Of a DNA stretch of 64,000 nucleotides, positions 54,701 through 64,000 are shown piece by piece. Origin of the DNA: Methanotrichaceae archaeon. Its GTDB lineage: Archaea > Halobacteriota > Methanosarcinia > Methanotrichales > Methanotrichaceae. Location: assembly GCA_963748825.1 (NCBI GenBank), contig CAVVKN010000012.1, positions 64,001-128,000 on the forward strand, in the 5' to 3' direction. The position numbers and the translations under genes are program-made. Under the pieces are notes generated by a model, which was not told the origin of the DNA, ran no database searches, and worked only from the letters and a program-made list of their open reading frames with translations. Position 1 is the stretch's first letter. Every line of letters starts with the position of its first letter.

Positions 54701-54905
54701 AACTGTATCTTGAGACAAACTGTTTCAATCCTTGTTTTTGTGGAACTCGCCCTCGGACCTTGGAATAAGCAGAGATCGAACGATTGATGGAGGAAGTTTC
54801 AATCCTTGTTTTTGTGGAACTCGCCCTCGGACAGCATTTGCGGAAAAGACAGGCAACAGAAATATCTGGTTTCAATCCTTGTTTTTGTGGAACTCGCCCT
54901 CGGAC

Positions 54906-55064
54906 AGCGGCTTTTTTTCGTCCTTTTCCCCGTTTCTCAGTGTCAAACCGGCCTTTTCTCACCCTCCTCAAAGCATTAGAGGAATTTATTAGATGGCTTA
55001 TAAATTCATTCCGGCAGGTGGGCCCGAAAATAGGCTCGCTGGCCCAAAAACGGATGGCGCATCT
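54906..55064 (-). promoter_or_regulatory. CRISPR leader with TATA-like box
   Basis: Non-coding stretch between the cas6 stop and the first repeat; TTTATAA on the minus strand at 54998-55004. Confidence 0.8.
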
Positions 55065-55721
55065 CTATTTCAGTTTTGTAACCGCCCCGTAACCTCTGGA
55101 GACTGACTTGCCCAGCCCCAGGAAGTCCGGGATGGCAAAGGTTGTGGTGAACTCTCCTCGTATCCCCGTGACTTTTGTCCCCTTCAGCAGGCAGATCTCA
55201 TCCTGCATCCCGCCCACCTCCAGCCGAATGTGCTCTTTGGCCACGTAGCCCAGCCCCTTGGAGGCGGAGAGGATGTTGCCCACCAGGATTCTTCTCAGCA
55301 GATCCTTTCTTTCCTCTCTGTTTGCATTTAAATATTTGGGGTAGTTGTCCTGGCTAAGTGCCAGCCAGGGCGTGGCAAAACTGTAGCTTTGGATCTTTTC
55401 GCAGCATCCGAACTCCTCGCTCTTCAGGGTAATGCCGCGCTCCATGATGCTGTACTTGCTCTCTCCCAATTTTATCTCATCGAATTTATCATAGATCTCT
55501 TTCAGGACCTCTGCCCCCTCGTTGATGCCAAGGACCAGGGGACTTCCCTCCAGCATCTTGTACTGGATGAGAGGATATTTGTAGATCAGCTTGTCCGTCA
55601 CATGCTGGTGCAGCAGCGCATGCTCATTGAAGCTGGTGGCAAAGAAGCCGCGCAGCTTCGATGCGTCCCCGTGCATGGGCGCGTCCGAGTGCAGGGTGAG
55701 GCGGAGGATTTTGAGGATCAT
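55065..55721 (-). CDS. cas6: Cas6b-type crRNA processing endoribonuclease
   Basis: KLRGFF, LHQH, Y.YPLIQYK, F.TPWLAL.Q.NY, Gly-rich loop GLGKSVSRGYG. Confidence 0.92.
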   Translation of the reverse strand: MILKILRLTLHSDAPMHGDASKLRGFFATSFNEHALLHQHVTDKLIYKYPLIQYKMLEGSPLVLGINEGAEVLKEIYDKFDEIKLGESKYSIMERGITLKSEEFGCCEKIQSYSFATPWLALSQDNYPKYLNANREERKDLLRRILVGNILSASKGLGYVAKEHIRLEVGGMQDEICLLKGTKVTGIRGEFTTTFAIPDFLGLGKSVSRGYGAVTKLK

Positions 55722-55723
55722 GG

Positions 55724-55951
55724 CTATCCTTTCTTATCGAAGAACTCTTCACGACTAATCCCCGCCTCTTTTAGAATCTCATTCAACAACCCTTTGGGAA
55801 CATCATAACCATGAAATGGAACCACCGTTGACTTTTTGGTTTCAGGGTTGTGGTAAAAATGATGGCTGCCGCTGATTCTCTCCAGCTCAAAACCGCATTT
55901 CTCAAGTATTCTAGCCAGCTTTTCCGGCGGGATGCAGGGTAGTTTAGCCAT
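55724..55951 (-). CDS. hicA: HicA-family toxin (mRNA interferase)
   Basis: LEK.GF...R.SGSH, VPFH.....GLL..ILKEAG. Confidence 0.92.
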   Translation of the reverse strand: MAKLPCIPPEKLARILEKCGFELERISGSHHFYHNPETKKSTVVPFHGYDVPKGLLNEILKEAGISREEFFDKKG

Positions 55952-55986
55952 GCCACTCAGGAACATGCTTCAAGTTGCTTAAAAAT

Positions 55987-56226
55987 TTAAGCATTTGCCT
56001 CGACTGCAATCGTGCATATCATCGAATCATCGGATTCTATGGGCACTTCTTCGCCGCGGGCGATCATGCAGGCAATAAAGCCCTCAATTGCCTCTTTTGC
56101 CATTGCCAGCGCCTCTTCAACCGTTCGCCCGAAGGTCAGGCAACCCGGCAGTGAAGGCACAATCACCGTATAAGTTCCGTCTTCCTCTTTTCGGAGCATA
56201 ATTTTATAGCGTAATGTCTTCATCAT
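55987..56226 (-). CDS. hicB: Short HicB-family antitoxin
   Basis: EEDG.Y.V.VPSLPGC.TFG.TVEEA..MAKEAI. Confidence 0.92.
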   Translation of the reverse strand: MMKTLRYKIMLRKEEDGTYTVIVPSLPGCLTFGRTVEEALAMAKEAIEGFIACMIARGEEVPIESDDSMICTIAVEANA

Positions 56227-56272
56227 AGTGGTCTCCTATCCTATATTGATATTTGATGCTGTCTTTGATCTT

Positions 56273-56341
56273 GCGGCTTTGCGGGCTCCCGCGCATGGAC
56301 GCGTGCGAGGCGGGGTGAAGCGGAGATTTTTTGGGAAACAT
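56273..56341 (-). pseudogene. cas6: Decayed 5' fragment of cas6
   Basis: Aligns with 55652-55721 (cccgcgcatggacgcgtgcgag-gcggggtgaagcggag vs cccgtgcatgggcgcgtccgagtgcagggtgaggcggag). Retains an ATG 16 nt after the cas3 stop. Confidence 0.75.
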
Positions 56342-56357
56342 ACCGCAAGCTCCCAAC

Positions 56358-58793
56358 TTAAATGATCATGGAGCCCCCTCCGGCTCCCGCTCGCATGAAG
56401 CCCGTTTCCAAATCGTAGTAGTTGGGCAGCTCATCTCTTGAAATATAACCCATATCGGAATCTTCAGCGACCAGGTTATGAGCGTATTTCTCCGGTGCGG
56501 AGATCACATACTCGCTGAAATCCTTCTTTATCTTGAGATACTTTTTCGTCCTCTCCAGATGATTCTTTTCAGACTGCATATCCAGGTATTGTTTCCAAAT
56601 CCCTGCAGCGTTATCGTCCAACTCGACAAAGACATTCACTTTGGGATAGTCCTCTTCGATGAGCTTGAAGTTCTTGTTCAGATCCTTAAACGCTAATCCG
56701 GCAATGCAGTCCAGGTTATCCTTCGACTCTTTCTCGCCCATGCCTCTCTTCACGGCTTTGAAATATTTGTTATTAAGGTCCAGGAATTCTGATTCTTTAA
56801 TTGGCCCTTTGATCTGCTTCAAAATGTCCAGCGTCTTGCTTATCAAGAATGGATCGTAAATATATTTATAAAATTCTTTTCGATCATCTTTCAAAATGAA
56901 AATCGATACTATGCCCTTTTCGTCTTTGGCGGAGTGTCTATTGCATCTGCCCGCTACCTGGTTGATCGAGTCTAGTGGTGCAAAGTCCCTGTAAACGATA
57001 TCTGCATCAATATCTACGCCAGCTTCTATGAGCTGAGTGCTGACAATGACCTTTCTTTTTCTCGGTGATTCTTTGGATTCTCTTATCTCATTTATCCGCG
57101 TCAACCTCTCCTTTGGGATTACATTTGTGGAGAGGAAAAATCTCTTTGTATTCTCCAGTTCCAATCCTTGAACGAATTTATAAATCTCTTGAGCCGAGCC
57201 TATCGTGTTTAGAACGATCAAGAAATCTTTCTCTTTCTTCTGGAGCAAGTCCTCATTAAGCAAGGCTTTGAATTCATCTAGGGTCAGTGCTCTCTCAATT
57301 CTTGGTATGAGCTCAATTCTATTCAAGCCCCGGAAGTATTCCTCTTTCCTTTGTGCTATCTCCTTGATCTCTCCTTTTGCTTCATCGAAGATGAGCGGCT
57401 GGGTCGCAGTGATGAAGACAACGTAAGTGTTGAACTTCTCGCAAAGCAGCTTCAATGAATCGTGTATCAGCAGCCAGTAATGGTGAGGCACAGCCTGGAC
57501 CTCATCCAGAATGATTATGGAGTTAGCAAGCTTGTTGAATTTGCGAAGCTGTTTATTCCTGTTGGAAAAGAGTGTGTTAAAGAGCTGCCAGAATGTGGTT
57601 ACAATTATCTCTGCATTCCAGCCTTCCAGGAGCAGCAGGCTTTTATCGACTTCGTACTCTTTCTCCTCGGTCTTGTACTTCACATCCGAAAGATGGTGAT
57701 GTTTGAGAAGTAGCCGGGAATCTTTGGTGTCTCCTCCCACAACATCATCAAAGACCTTGTAGTTTTGATCGATTATGCTCAGAAAAGGCAAAGCGTAGAT
57801 TATTCTGGGCTTGATTTTTCGCTCATTCTCCAATCGCTCTCTCAGTTTCAGGGAAAGGGAAAGAGCGGTGAGCGTCTTGCCCGTGCCTGTGGGAACATTC
57901 AGGGAGAGGATCTTATCGTCCAGGTTCCAATTTTTGATTCTTTCCACAGCCTCTTCATATATCTGATTCCTGAGGCCATTGATATTGTCCTGATTGGATG
58001 AAAAGCCCTTTGCATCCCTATAGTCATCCACCAGCTTTGATGAAAGGCCCAGCCGGTCCAATTTGATTCCATCTAGTCCTGCATCAGTCTTGTCAGCATC
58101 TAAGAGTGCAGAGTAAATAAACTGAGATAAAAAATACGGGTAAAGATCGCTTTTTTCACTCAAGTCCCTAATGAAACGCTTCTCCTTTCTGCCAATATCT
58201 TTTGTCGCATCTTTTAAAATATAATCAATAATATTATCCACGTCGAGTTTTAAGCTCATATTCTCTTTAGACAGAAGCAGTGCCAGTATTTCTCTGATCT
58301 CTGCCATGTCAATGGTGTTTATTTGTTCTACCGCCACCCTCAGAATTTTGTCCTTGTCGGCATCGATTTCCTTAATTTCATCCATTGCATTTGGTAGATT
58401 TCCGTGATGCCTCTTCACTGCCAGGAAAGACAAGATGGGCAAGTATTCAGCCAAACTACCTCTTCGCCCTGTCTGACTTAAGTATTCCTTTATCACTGCA
58501 TACGTAAAGAAAGCCGAGAGCAGGCCGTGATGAGTGTTGTCCTTGGCTTTGAGAGACTTCTTTTTATTCTCATCGGTCTCAATAATGTAATCCTGGAAAA
58601 ATTTCGTAGCTTTTCCCAGGTCGTGCGTCACACCCATGAGGTAAGCAGCGTCTGTCAAGAGATCCTTGTCATCTATGTTTAGAGATTTGTCTGTAACAGT
58701 TTTCCTGCTCAATTGCCCTACTCTGCTCAAGTGATCCACCAGGCGTTTATCCGGGTGAGACTTGAGCTTAAAGGAATACGATTCGCTCGCCAT
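56358..58793 (-). CDS. cas3: Cas3 HD nuclease-helicase
   Basis: L.DHL, HDLGK, HH, DAD; PTGTGKT, DEVQ, TAT, STQLIEAGVDID, QVAGRCNR. Confidence 0.97.
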   Translation of the reverse strand: MASESYSFKLKSHPDKRLVDHLSRVGQLSRKTVTDKSLNIDDKDLLTDAAYLMGVTHDLGKATKFFQDYIIETDENKKKSLKAKDNTHHGLLSAFFTYAVIKEYLSQTGRRGSLAEYLPILSFLAVKRHHGNLPNAMDEIKEIDADKDKILRVAVEQINTIDMAEIREILALLLSKENMSLKLDVDNIIDYILKDATKDIGRKEKRFIRDLSEKSDLYPYFLSQFIYSALLDADKTDAGLDGIKLDRLGLSSKLVDDYRDAKGFSSNQDNINGLRNQIYEEAVERIKNWNLDDKILSLNVPTGTGKTLTALSLSLKLRERLENERKIKPRIIYALPFLSIIDQNYKVFDDVVGGDTKDSRLLLKHHHLSDVKYKTEEKEYEVDKSLLLLEGWNAEIIVTTFWQLFNTLFSNRNKQLRKFNKLANSIIILDEVQAVPHHYWLLIHDSLKLLCEKFNTYVVFITATQPLIFDEAKGEIKEIAQRKEEYFRGLNRIELIPRIERALTLDEFKALLNEDLLQKKEKDFLIVLNTIGSAQEIYKFVQGLELENTKRFFLSTNVIPKERLTRINEIRESKESPRKRKVIVSTQLIEAGVDIDADIVYRDFAPLDSINQVAGRCNRHSAKDEKGIVSIFILKDDRKEFYKYIYDPFLISKTLDILKQIKGPIKESEFLDLNNKYFKAVKRGMGEKESKDNLDCIAGLAFKDLNKNFKLIEEDYPKVNVFVELDDNAAGIWKQYLDMQSEKNHLERTKKYLKIKKDFSEYVISAPEKYAHNLVAEDSDMGYISRDELPNYYDLETGFMRAGAGGGSMII

Positions 58794-59472
58794 TCCCGAC
58801 CTCCCAAAGCTCTTTTACCTTCGCTTTGATTTTCTTTCCGTTCCTTTCAAACAGAATCTCGCGGTAGTCGGTTACCTCTCTTGCTTCTCCCATCTCGCCT
58901 GGCATCACTTCTGAGAAGTATTCCTTTCCTTCCTCGAAATCCGGCTCAAGAAGGCAATTACCCGGCACCACGCTATCTATATCCTGGACATCTTCTCCTG
59001 AACTCTTCAGACCAAACTCTCCTATGAACTTGAAGTTGCAGATGAGCTCGCTTAGTCCAAGACACGGAGTGTATACAGACTGATGGCTGGTGAGCAAGTC
59101 TTTCAGCTTTTTATATAATTGCTCATCGGAGTGAGAGAAATAAATTCTGTACTTCGGATCTTTGACGAACTCGAATCTGATCTGGGTTCTGTTCTTGATC
59201 AGATGCATCTTAATTGCGCTCTTGGTATCAATCAGGTTCTCTCCAATCCTCACTTTTTTTACAGGCGCCAGGATTTTGCAGCCGATTTTGGCATCAACCT
59301 TAAAGAAGTGCCTGAAATACTCCGTTTTGTCCAGACCGACGATGGCCCCGATCAGCCCTGAGAGAGCAGTTCGGGGCGGGAAAGAATAGGTGAGTGGAGA
59401 GCTGGTAGAGTAATTCTTCCTGAAGTGGGCGTAGTCCCCCCACACATCGAATACTATTACTCTCTCCGGCAT
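58768..59472 (-). CDS. cas5: Type I-B Cas5
   Basis: FDVWGDYAHFRK...SSPLTY.FPPRTAL.GLIGAI.G; TPCLG. Confidence 0.95.
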   Translation of the reverse strand: MPERVIVFDVWGDYAHFRKNYSTSSPLTYSFPPRTALSGLIGAIVGLDKTEYFRHFFKVDAKIGCKILAPVKKVRIGENLIDTKSAIKMHLIKNRTQIRFEFVKDPKYRIYFSHSDEQLYKKLKDLLTSHQSVYTPCLGLSELICNFKFIGEFGLKSSGEDVQDIDSVVPGNCLLEPDFEEGKEYFSEVMPGEMGEAREVTDYREILFERNGKKIKAKVKELWEVGNGERIVFL

Positions 59473-59479
59473 CTGGACC

Positions 59480-60400
59480 TCAGAACGCAATTGGCTTTAT
59501 GGCTATGCCGGTAGCTGCTGCCAATCCTTCAATTGGGAAACCGGCCCCTTCTTTGCAGAACTTAATCCTGCCGTCCACGCAAATCTCAATATCCTTGATT
59601 GAGCCCTTTTCCGCAGCAAGTTTCTTGACCAACTCTGATATCTCAAGCTGGTAATCTACGGTGTCACGAATGTTCTCATGAGGCATCTCGGTTACCAGCT
59701 TTAGCATCTTATCTAGATCCCCAATATGATAGTTCTCTTTGCTGTAATTCACTTTGAGGAGCAACCTTGGAACCTGTCCTGCTTTGGATCTGGAAATCAG
59801 GCTCTTGGTTCCATTCCAAATGCCTTCTAGCAAGAGCTTTAAATCATCCTCGGTAAGATGAGTGTGTTTGGCAGCGTTCTCGTTTACGATGCCATAAAAG
59901 GAGATAAGCGAATAGGGCAGAAAGTCCTCTTCTCTAAACGTTGCCTGCTTAGAACCCTCCTTAGAGGCAAAGGCTCCGGTTCCCTTAATATGCATCATAG
60001 TAACACGATGGAGCGAACGGCCCATCTTAAACTGCACTGGACCGGTATAGATTATCGAGTCCTCTTTTAAAGGTATTACTCCACCGAAGAGACGAATATC
60101 GATGCACTCGCCCAAAATTTTCTCGGCATCATTACCAAAGTTGCCTGCTCTCATCTTTCCATCTTGGATAAGACCTTTCTCTTGGTCGTAGACTACTTCC
60201 CTTACAAAGATCTCAAGGCCTTTGAAATTGTGAAGGTAGTCCCGGATGGTCCTTTTCAATCTGACATCTGTTACGAGGTTGATGCCGGTCTCTTCATCAA
60301 TCCGAGGCTTGTTCTCGTCCATTGGATCTCCGTTAGGATTTCCGTCTCTAATGTCGTAGATAAAGAGAATTTCTGATCTGTTCTTAACTTCCTCGTTCAT
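59480..60400 (-). CDS. cas7: Type I-B Cas7 (Csh2)
   Basis: GNPNGDP..EN.PRID, VTDVRLKRTIRDY, DIRLFG, TGPVQF. Confidence 0.96.
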   Translation of the reverse strand: MNEEVKNRSEILFIYDIRDGNPNGDPMDENKPRIDEETGINLVTDVRLKRTIRDYLHNFKGLEIFVREVVYDQEKGLIQDGKMRAGNFGNDAEKILGECIDIRLFGGVIPLKEDSIIYTGPVQFKMGRSLHRVTMMHIKGTGAFASKEGSKQATFREEDFLPYSLISFYGIVNENAAKHTHLTEDDLKLLLEGIWNGTKSLISRSKAGQVPRLLLKVNYSKENYHIGDLDKMLKLVTEMPHENIRDTVDYQLEISELVKKLAAEKGSIKDIEICVDGRIKFCKEGAGFPIEGLAAATGIAIKPIAF

Positions 60401-60402
60401 TT

Positions 60403-62274
60403 TTATGCCCCCTCTCCAATTTGCTCGTCAGTCTCTTTTGTATTCTTAAACAGTTTTTGCATGTCCATTCCTAAAACAAAGTAGAAGCTTAGCTCATCAT
60501 CTGCTTCTTTCCAATTGACTCCAGCTAAAACAAAATAATGCGCAATGATGGATTCCAAATCACGGTAGTAATTTTTCCCATATTCCTCCAGCTTGTTCTG
60601 AATTTCTGGTAGGAGCCTCTTGATTAGTGCTTCATTCATTTTTAGGCCATGCAACTTGGCCCGGAATGGCGTCGCTTTTTTGTCATTCCACTGTATATTG
60701 AGCAGATTTTGAGTGAGAACTCCTTCCAAGAATGTCGCTTTCTTGGCATCGCTCGTAAAAAACGACTTATTAGCCTCAAAAAACCTCTCAACTTTTTGTT
60801 CCAGCGGAAGACCTTCGAGATTTTCGATAGATTGCATTCCACTTCCCTTTTCATCCATTTCTTTCAGCTCCTCCTTAGAATCTCTGAAAAGATTAAGCTC
60901 TTTTAGATAGTGCAATAGCAGGAAGCCATTCAACGTGGCAATATTTGTAGGATAGCCTTCGATGAAAGCTTCTCTTGCTTTTCTTATTATAAAATCCATT
61001 AGCAAATAATAATCAATTCGGTTTCCAACAAAAATCTTATTGACCATCTCCAAGAAAATTTTATCAAACGTTCTATTCTTGGACTCTTGCGGGAAGAATC
61101 TCCTCAAGACACCGAAATTGAATTCGAGGTGGTTCTTCTCTTTCTGCGATTCATTCAAGAGCTGATCGTTATATGCCTCGAATCTCTCGTCCACTTTGTC
61201 CTTGATATCGAAAAGGGCTTTCAATCGAGATGGCAGAATTCCCTCGATGAGAAGCAAGATTCTGTATGATGATTGTTCCTTTTTATAAAATATCAGGCTG
61301 TTGCTGATAAAGTCTTTTTTATCCTTGACGAGGTCCAGAATCTCTTCTTCATCTGAAGTTATATTGCTCTTGATTTCTCTGTTTATTTTCAGCTTCCTTT
61401 TCTGATCCTTTCCGCCCAAGATGCTCAGAATGTCTTGAAAATCGCAACCTAACGCTAGCTTTGGCACGAGCAAATACCTGAAGCCGTAGAAGCCAAAGTC
61501 AAGCCTTTCCTCTACGTATTTCTTGCCTAACTCCAGGCTTGTGGCGCAGTTAAAGCATACGGGTGTATTCTTCCAGGACTCAGAGACATCAAATCCTCCG
61601 GCAATGAAGCCGGGCTTATCAAATGTATGGAAAGCCCAGGGAATTGCAAAGCCATAGACTTCCTCTTTTTTCTGCCTGCAAACAGAACAAAATGCGTCTC
61701 TTCCCAGAGATGTCCCCTGAGACTTCTTGGTGGAATACTTATCACTTCCCGTTCGAAGCAAGATGCTCTTGAAAACCGGATGATCGCTAAGATATGAAAT
61801 GCCTTCTTCTTTTTCAATTGCAAGGGTAATTATGGCGTTATACTTTGAATCCTTCCCAGAGTATTTCTCATTCAATTCTGCAACAATTCTGTCTTTTTGG
61901 CCCTTGATTGCTATACTCATTTTTTTAAGGTTATCTTTTTCTTCATCTGATATGTCATAGCTATCATAGTTTTCAAACCATTTTATAAACCTGTTCTTGA
62001 ATGTCTTTTCGACTTGGCCAGCTACTTTGCTGGTTGGTGTTGCATCGGTGCCGTTTGGAGCACCTTTTTTATATAAATATAAAGCAGGTTCTTTGAATTC
62101 ATCTAGAACAACTCGACTAAAAGAATAATCACCATTTATCTCGCTCAAAATTACTAATAAAGCATATTTATACTTTCCATTACTATTTGGATTCTCAATA
62201 AAGGTTGATAACAGGTCATTTCCACCTTTATTTTTTTGCACATAATCTCCAATTCTGCTTACCGCCTCAATCAC
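60403..62274 (-). CDS. cas8b: Type I-B large subunit Cas8b (Csh1)
   Basis: CSVC...F.T.DKPGF...PVC..C zinc motif; C-terminal FLEGVL..LL.IQ...PF...F.LG; located upstream of cas7. Confidence 0.9.
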   Translation of the reverse strand: MIEAVSRIGDYVQKNKGGNDLLSTFIENPNSNGKYKYALLVILSEINGDYSFSRVVLDEFKEPALYLYKKGAPNGTDATPTSKVAGQVEKTFKNRFIKWFENYDSYDISDEEKDNLKKMSIAIKGQKDRIVAELNEKYSGKDSKYNAIITLAIEKEEGISYLSDHPVFKSILLRTGSDKYSTKKSQGTSLGRDAFCSVCRQKKEEVYGFAIPWAFHTFDKPGFIAGGFDVSESWKNTPVCFNCATSLELGKKYVEERLDFGFYGFRYLLVPKLALGCDFQDILSILGGKDQKRKLKINREIKSNITSDEEEILDLVKDKKDFISNSLIFYKKEQSSYRILLLIEGILPSRLKALFDIKDKVDERFEAYNDQLLNESQKEKNHLEFNFGVLRRFFPQESKNRTFDKIFLEMVNKIFVGNRIDYYLLMDFIIRKAREAFIEGYPTNIATLNGFLLLHYLKELNLFRDSKEELKEMDEKGSGMQSIENLEGLPLEQKVERFFEANKSFFTSDAKKATFLEGVLTQNLLNIQWNDKKATPFRAKLHGLKMNEALIKRLLPEIQNKLEEYGKNYYRDLESIIAHYFVLAGVNWKEADDELSFYFVLGMDMQKLFKNTKETDEQIGEGA

Positions 62275-62290
62275 CCAAAATCACCATCAA

Positions 62291-62944
62291 TCAAACGCAT
62301 ATATTCCTGTACGTGCAGTCCACGCACCTGGCCTTCTGCTTCGTCCCATCGGGAAAGTATCCCCTCTGAATTATCATCAGTATCTCGCGCACAATCTCCT
62401 TCGCCTTCTCATAATCTTTTTGCTGAAAGTCTATTTCCGCCACATAATTGTTGCTCCTGGTGTAGCAGACAAAGCCCCGCTTCACATCCACGCCGAAGTG
62501 CTCCATGATGAGCAGCCCGTAAAGTGCCGCCTGAAACTTGTGCGTCCTGTAAATGGTGTTTTTAAACTCGGCATACTTGTAATCCAGAGGTGCAGCCGTT
62601 CCATCTTCCAGAAAGAGAACCTCATCCACCTCTCCCTTGAAGTGGTACTTGTGCGAAGTCAGATAAACCGAGATCTCTTTTCCCGTGCAATTCAGCTTCT
62701 TTCTCACGTAATCCCGGTTCACCTTCTCCCGGATCTCGTGCAGCTCTCTGCCCTTCAAAACCTTGAAGCGCCGCTCCTCTCTCTGGGCGATGCCCAGGCA
62801 GTGCATGAAAAATATGAACCTGGGGCAGAACAGGTACTCCAGCGCATCGGATACCGTGACGAAAATCTCCTGCGCGGGTGCGGGCTCTCGCGCGCCCTCC
62901 TGCGCCTGCCCGCGCGTGGCCGCTGTATCATCATCTGTCTCCAT
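62291..62944 (-). CDS. cas4: Cas4 nuclease
   Basis: EY.FCPR, G.VDE...P.DYK, Q...Y, C-terminal C..C.Y...C. Confidence 0.95.
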   Translation of the reverse strand: METDDDTAATRGQAQEGAREPAPAQEIFVTVSDALEYLFCPRFIFFMHCLGIAQREERRFKVLKGRELHEIREKVNRDYVRKKLNCTGKEISVYLTSHKYHFKGEVDEVLFLEDGTAAPLDYKYAEFKNTIYRTHKFQAALYGLLIMEHFGVDVKRGFVCYTRSNNYVAEIDFQQKDYEKAKEIVREILMIIQRGYFPDGTKQKARCVDCTYRNICV

Positions 62945-62951
62945 TTTGCCC

Positions 62952-63197
62952 TCAGAACACCTTGGTTAACATCATGCCCGCCACCAGTTCTCGGTCGAAT
63001 CCCGTTCCGATCAGCTTGATCTTATCAAAGCAGTCCTCGCACATGGGAAAGACGTAGACTGAATCAGACTCCTCGATGACCGCCTCGCACTCCAGGGCCA
63101 GGGAGTCGGACTGATTCCGGTTCAGATCGCCCAGAAAGGCGCTCTTCTGCACCCGGAACAGGCCGTATCTCTTACAGAGCTTCGCTACCTTAAGTCT
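62952..63197 (-). pseudogene. cas2: cas2 lacking its N-terminal YDI strand
   Basis: RLKVAKLCKRYGL.RVQKSAF.G...DSVYVFPMC..C is Cas2. The upstream residues are unrelated and lack the catalytic Asp. Confidence 0.82.
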
Positions 63198-63260
63198 TGC
63201 ATATGCAAAATTATGGAGCGAGAAGATCTCTCTCAGCAATCTTTCCGAAAAATATTACTA

Positions 63261-63419
63261 CTAGATAAGCGGCTTAAAAGGGACAGACTTGTTCTCTTCG
63301 TCCGGGCAATCTTCATTTAGCCACTCTAAGTCGCCATCGCTCAATTGGTCTATGACGGCATCTAGGTAAGCCCCTTTATCCGTGACGATATGCCTTTCCC
63401 GCATAATTTCAACTGCCAT
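63261..63419 (-). CDS. 52-aa acidic protein, candidate antitoxin (not in the ORF track)
   Basis: MAVEIMRERHIVTDKGAYLDAVIDQLSDGDLEWLNEDCPDEENKSVPFKPLI; AGGAG and TTATATA upstream. Confidence 0.55.
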   Translation of the reverse strand: MAVEIMRERHIVTDKGAYLDAVIDQLSDGDLEWLNEDCPDEENKSVPFKPLI

Positions 63420-63491
63420 TTAATCTCCTGGTCATGCATCTGCTTTCTATCTATATAATCCTTTAGACAAATGGATTTTTGTAGAATATAA

Positions 63492-63788
63492 TCAAATTCT
63501 ATAGTCTGTATTTCTCCTCTTAGTTATTATTATATCTACCACATCAACAATGTGCGCGAGGTCATCTACCGTATATTCTATTCTTGTTTGTGCTCCTATT
63601 CGGATGCGATATTTGCGCGGATTAGATCCCGCTATCGGTGAGATATCCATCATTGGGCGAGGTGTATATGGGTCTATGCTTAATTCATTTATGCGATCCG
63701 ATATAATAACTGCCGCCTCGTGGTTCAGGTGATCGAATTTATTTAAAACCTTATTCGCTCTCTTTTTTATTGTAATCTCATATGGCAA
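63492..63788 (-). CDS. relE: RelE/ParE-family toxin
   Basis: YEI.I..RA.K.L...I..RI.EL..DP..PRP..D....G...YRIRIG..RI.Y.VD. Confidence 0.8.
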   Translation of the reverse strand: MPYEITIKKRANKVLNKFDHLNHEAAVIISDRINELSIDPYTPRPMMDISPIAGSNPRKYRIRIGAQTRIEYTVDDLAHIVDVVDIIITKRRNTDYRI

Positions 63789-63884
63789 CCTTTCTTCTCC
63801 TCAAATTTCTACGGCTAGATGCAAGATCTGCTAAATGGAATAAATAAGTTTCGAGAGTGCGATTTTGGCCAAAAGGATTTGAAA

Positions 63885-64000
63885 AGTGCATGAAGAATAT
63901 GAACCTGGGGCAGAACAGATACTCCAGCGCATCGGATACCGTGACGAAAATCTCCTGCGCGGGCGCGGGCTCTCGCGCGCTCTCCTGCGCCTGCCCGCGC
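63885..64000 (-). pseudogene. cas4: Second, 3'-truncated cas4 copy running off the window
   Basis: 116 nt match 62800-62915 with 4 mismatches; homology stops after FFMH. Confidence 0.88.

Larger units (their letters stand above)
44583..54905 (-). CRISPR. CRISPR array, 37-nt repeat GTCCGAGGGCGAGTTCCACAAAAACAAGGATTGAAAC; about 56 repeats and 55 spacers, interrupted at three positions by IS110 copies
   Basis: Manual count: degenerate repeat at 44583, variant at 44656, 9 repeats 47790-48418, 2 repeats 50049-50159, 43 repeats 51790-54905. ATTGAAAC 3' handle and degenerate trailer give the orientation. Confidence 0.98.

Noticed and set aside
47720-55092. Many ORFs with repeated FQSLFLWNSPSD / VSILVFVELALG peptides
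   Set aside because: These are translations of CRISPR repeats.
44583-62944. CRISPR-associated transposon (CAST) or casposon
   Set aside because: No TnsABC/TniQ or casposase. Cas3 is intact, and the IS lies inside the array rather than carrying the cas genes.

Overview
Archaeal methanogen chromosome segment. Gene content, tRNAs and CRISPR repeat type suggest Methanothrix/Methanosarcinales (inference). 1-44 kb is mostly housekeeping: thiI, carAB, fae, guaAA, mat, pan, hom, lig, hisD, three tRNAs, a ~9.3 kb repeat-rich surface protein gene and a NuoE/NuoF/NuoG-FrhB oxidoreductase operon. 44-64 kb holds a type I-B CRISPR-Cas locus transcribed on the minus strand. Main result: a 1590-bp IS110-family element occurs four times inside the CRISPR array, always in the same orientation. 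Three insertions are at the same GTTTC core at the repeat end and one is at an identical GTTTCAATC motif inside the element itself. The element's upstream non-coding region can fold into a closed two-loop RNA carrying a perfect 9-nt match to the repeat end (GAUUGAAAC) and matches to its own donor junction. This is a candidate bridge/seek RNA programmed against the host CRISPR repeat. Also notable: a 439-bp coding 'giant spacer' between two degenerate trailer repeats, and three small gene cassettes (hicBA, relE plus a small ORF, acylphosphatase) each flanked by a duplicated fragment of a neighbouring gene. All counts, alignments and folds were done by eye; no searches were run.
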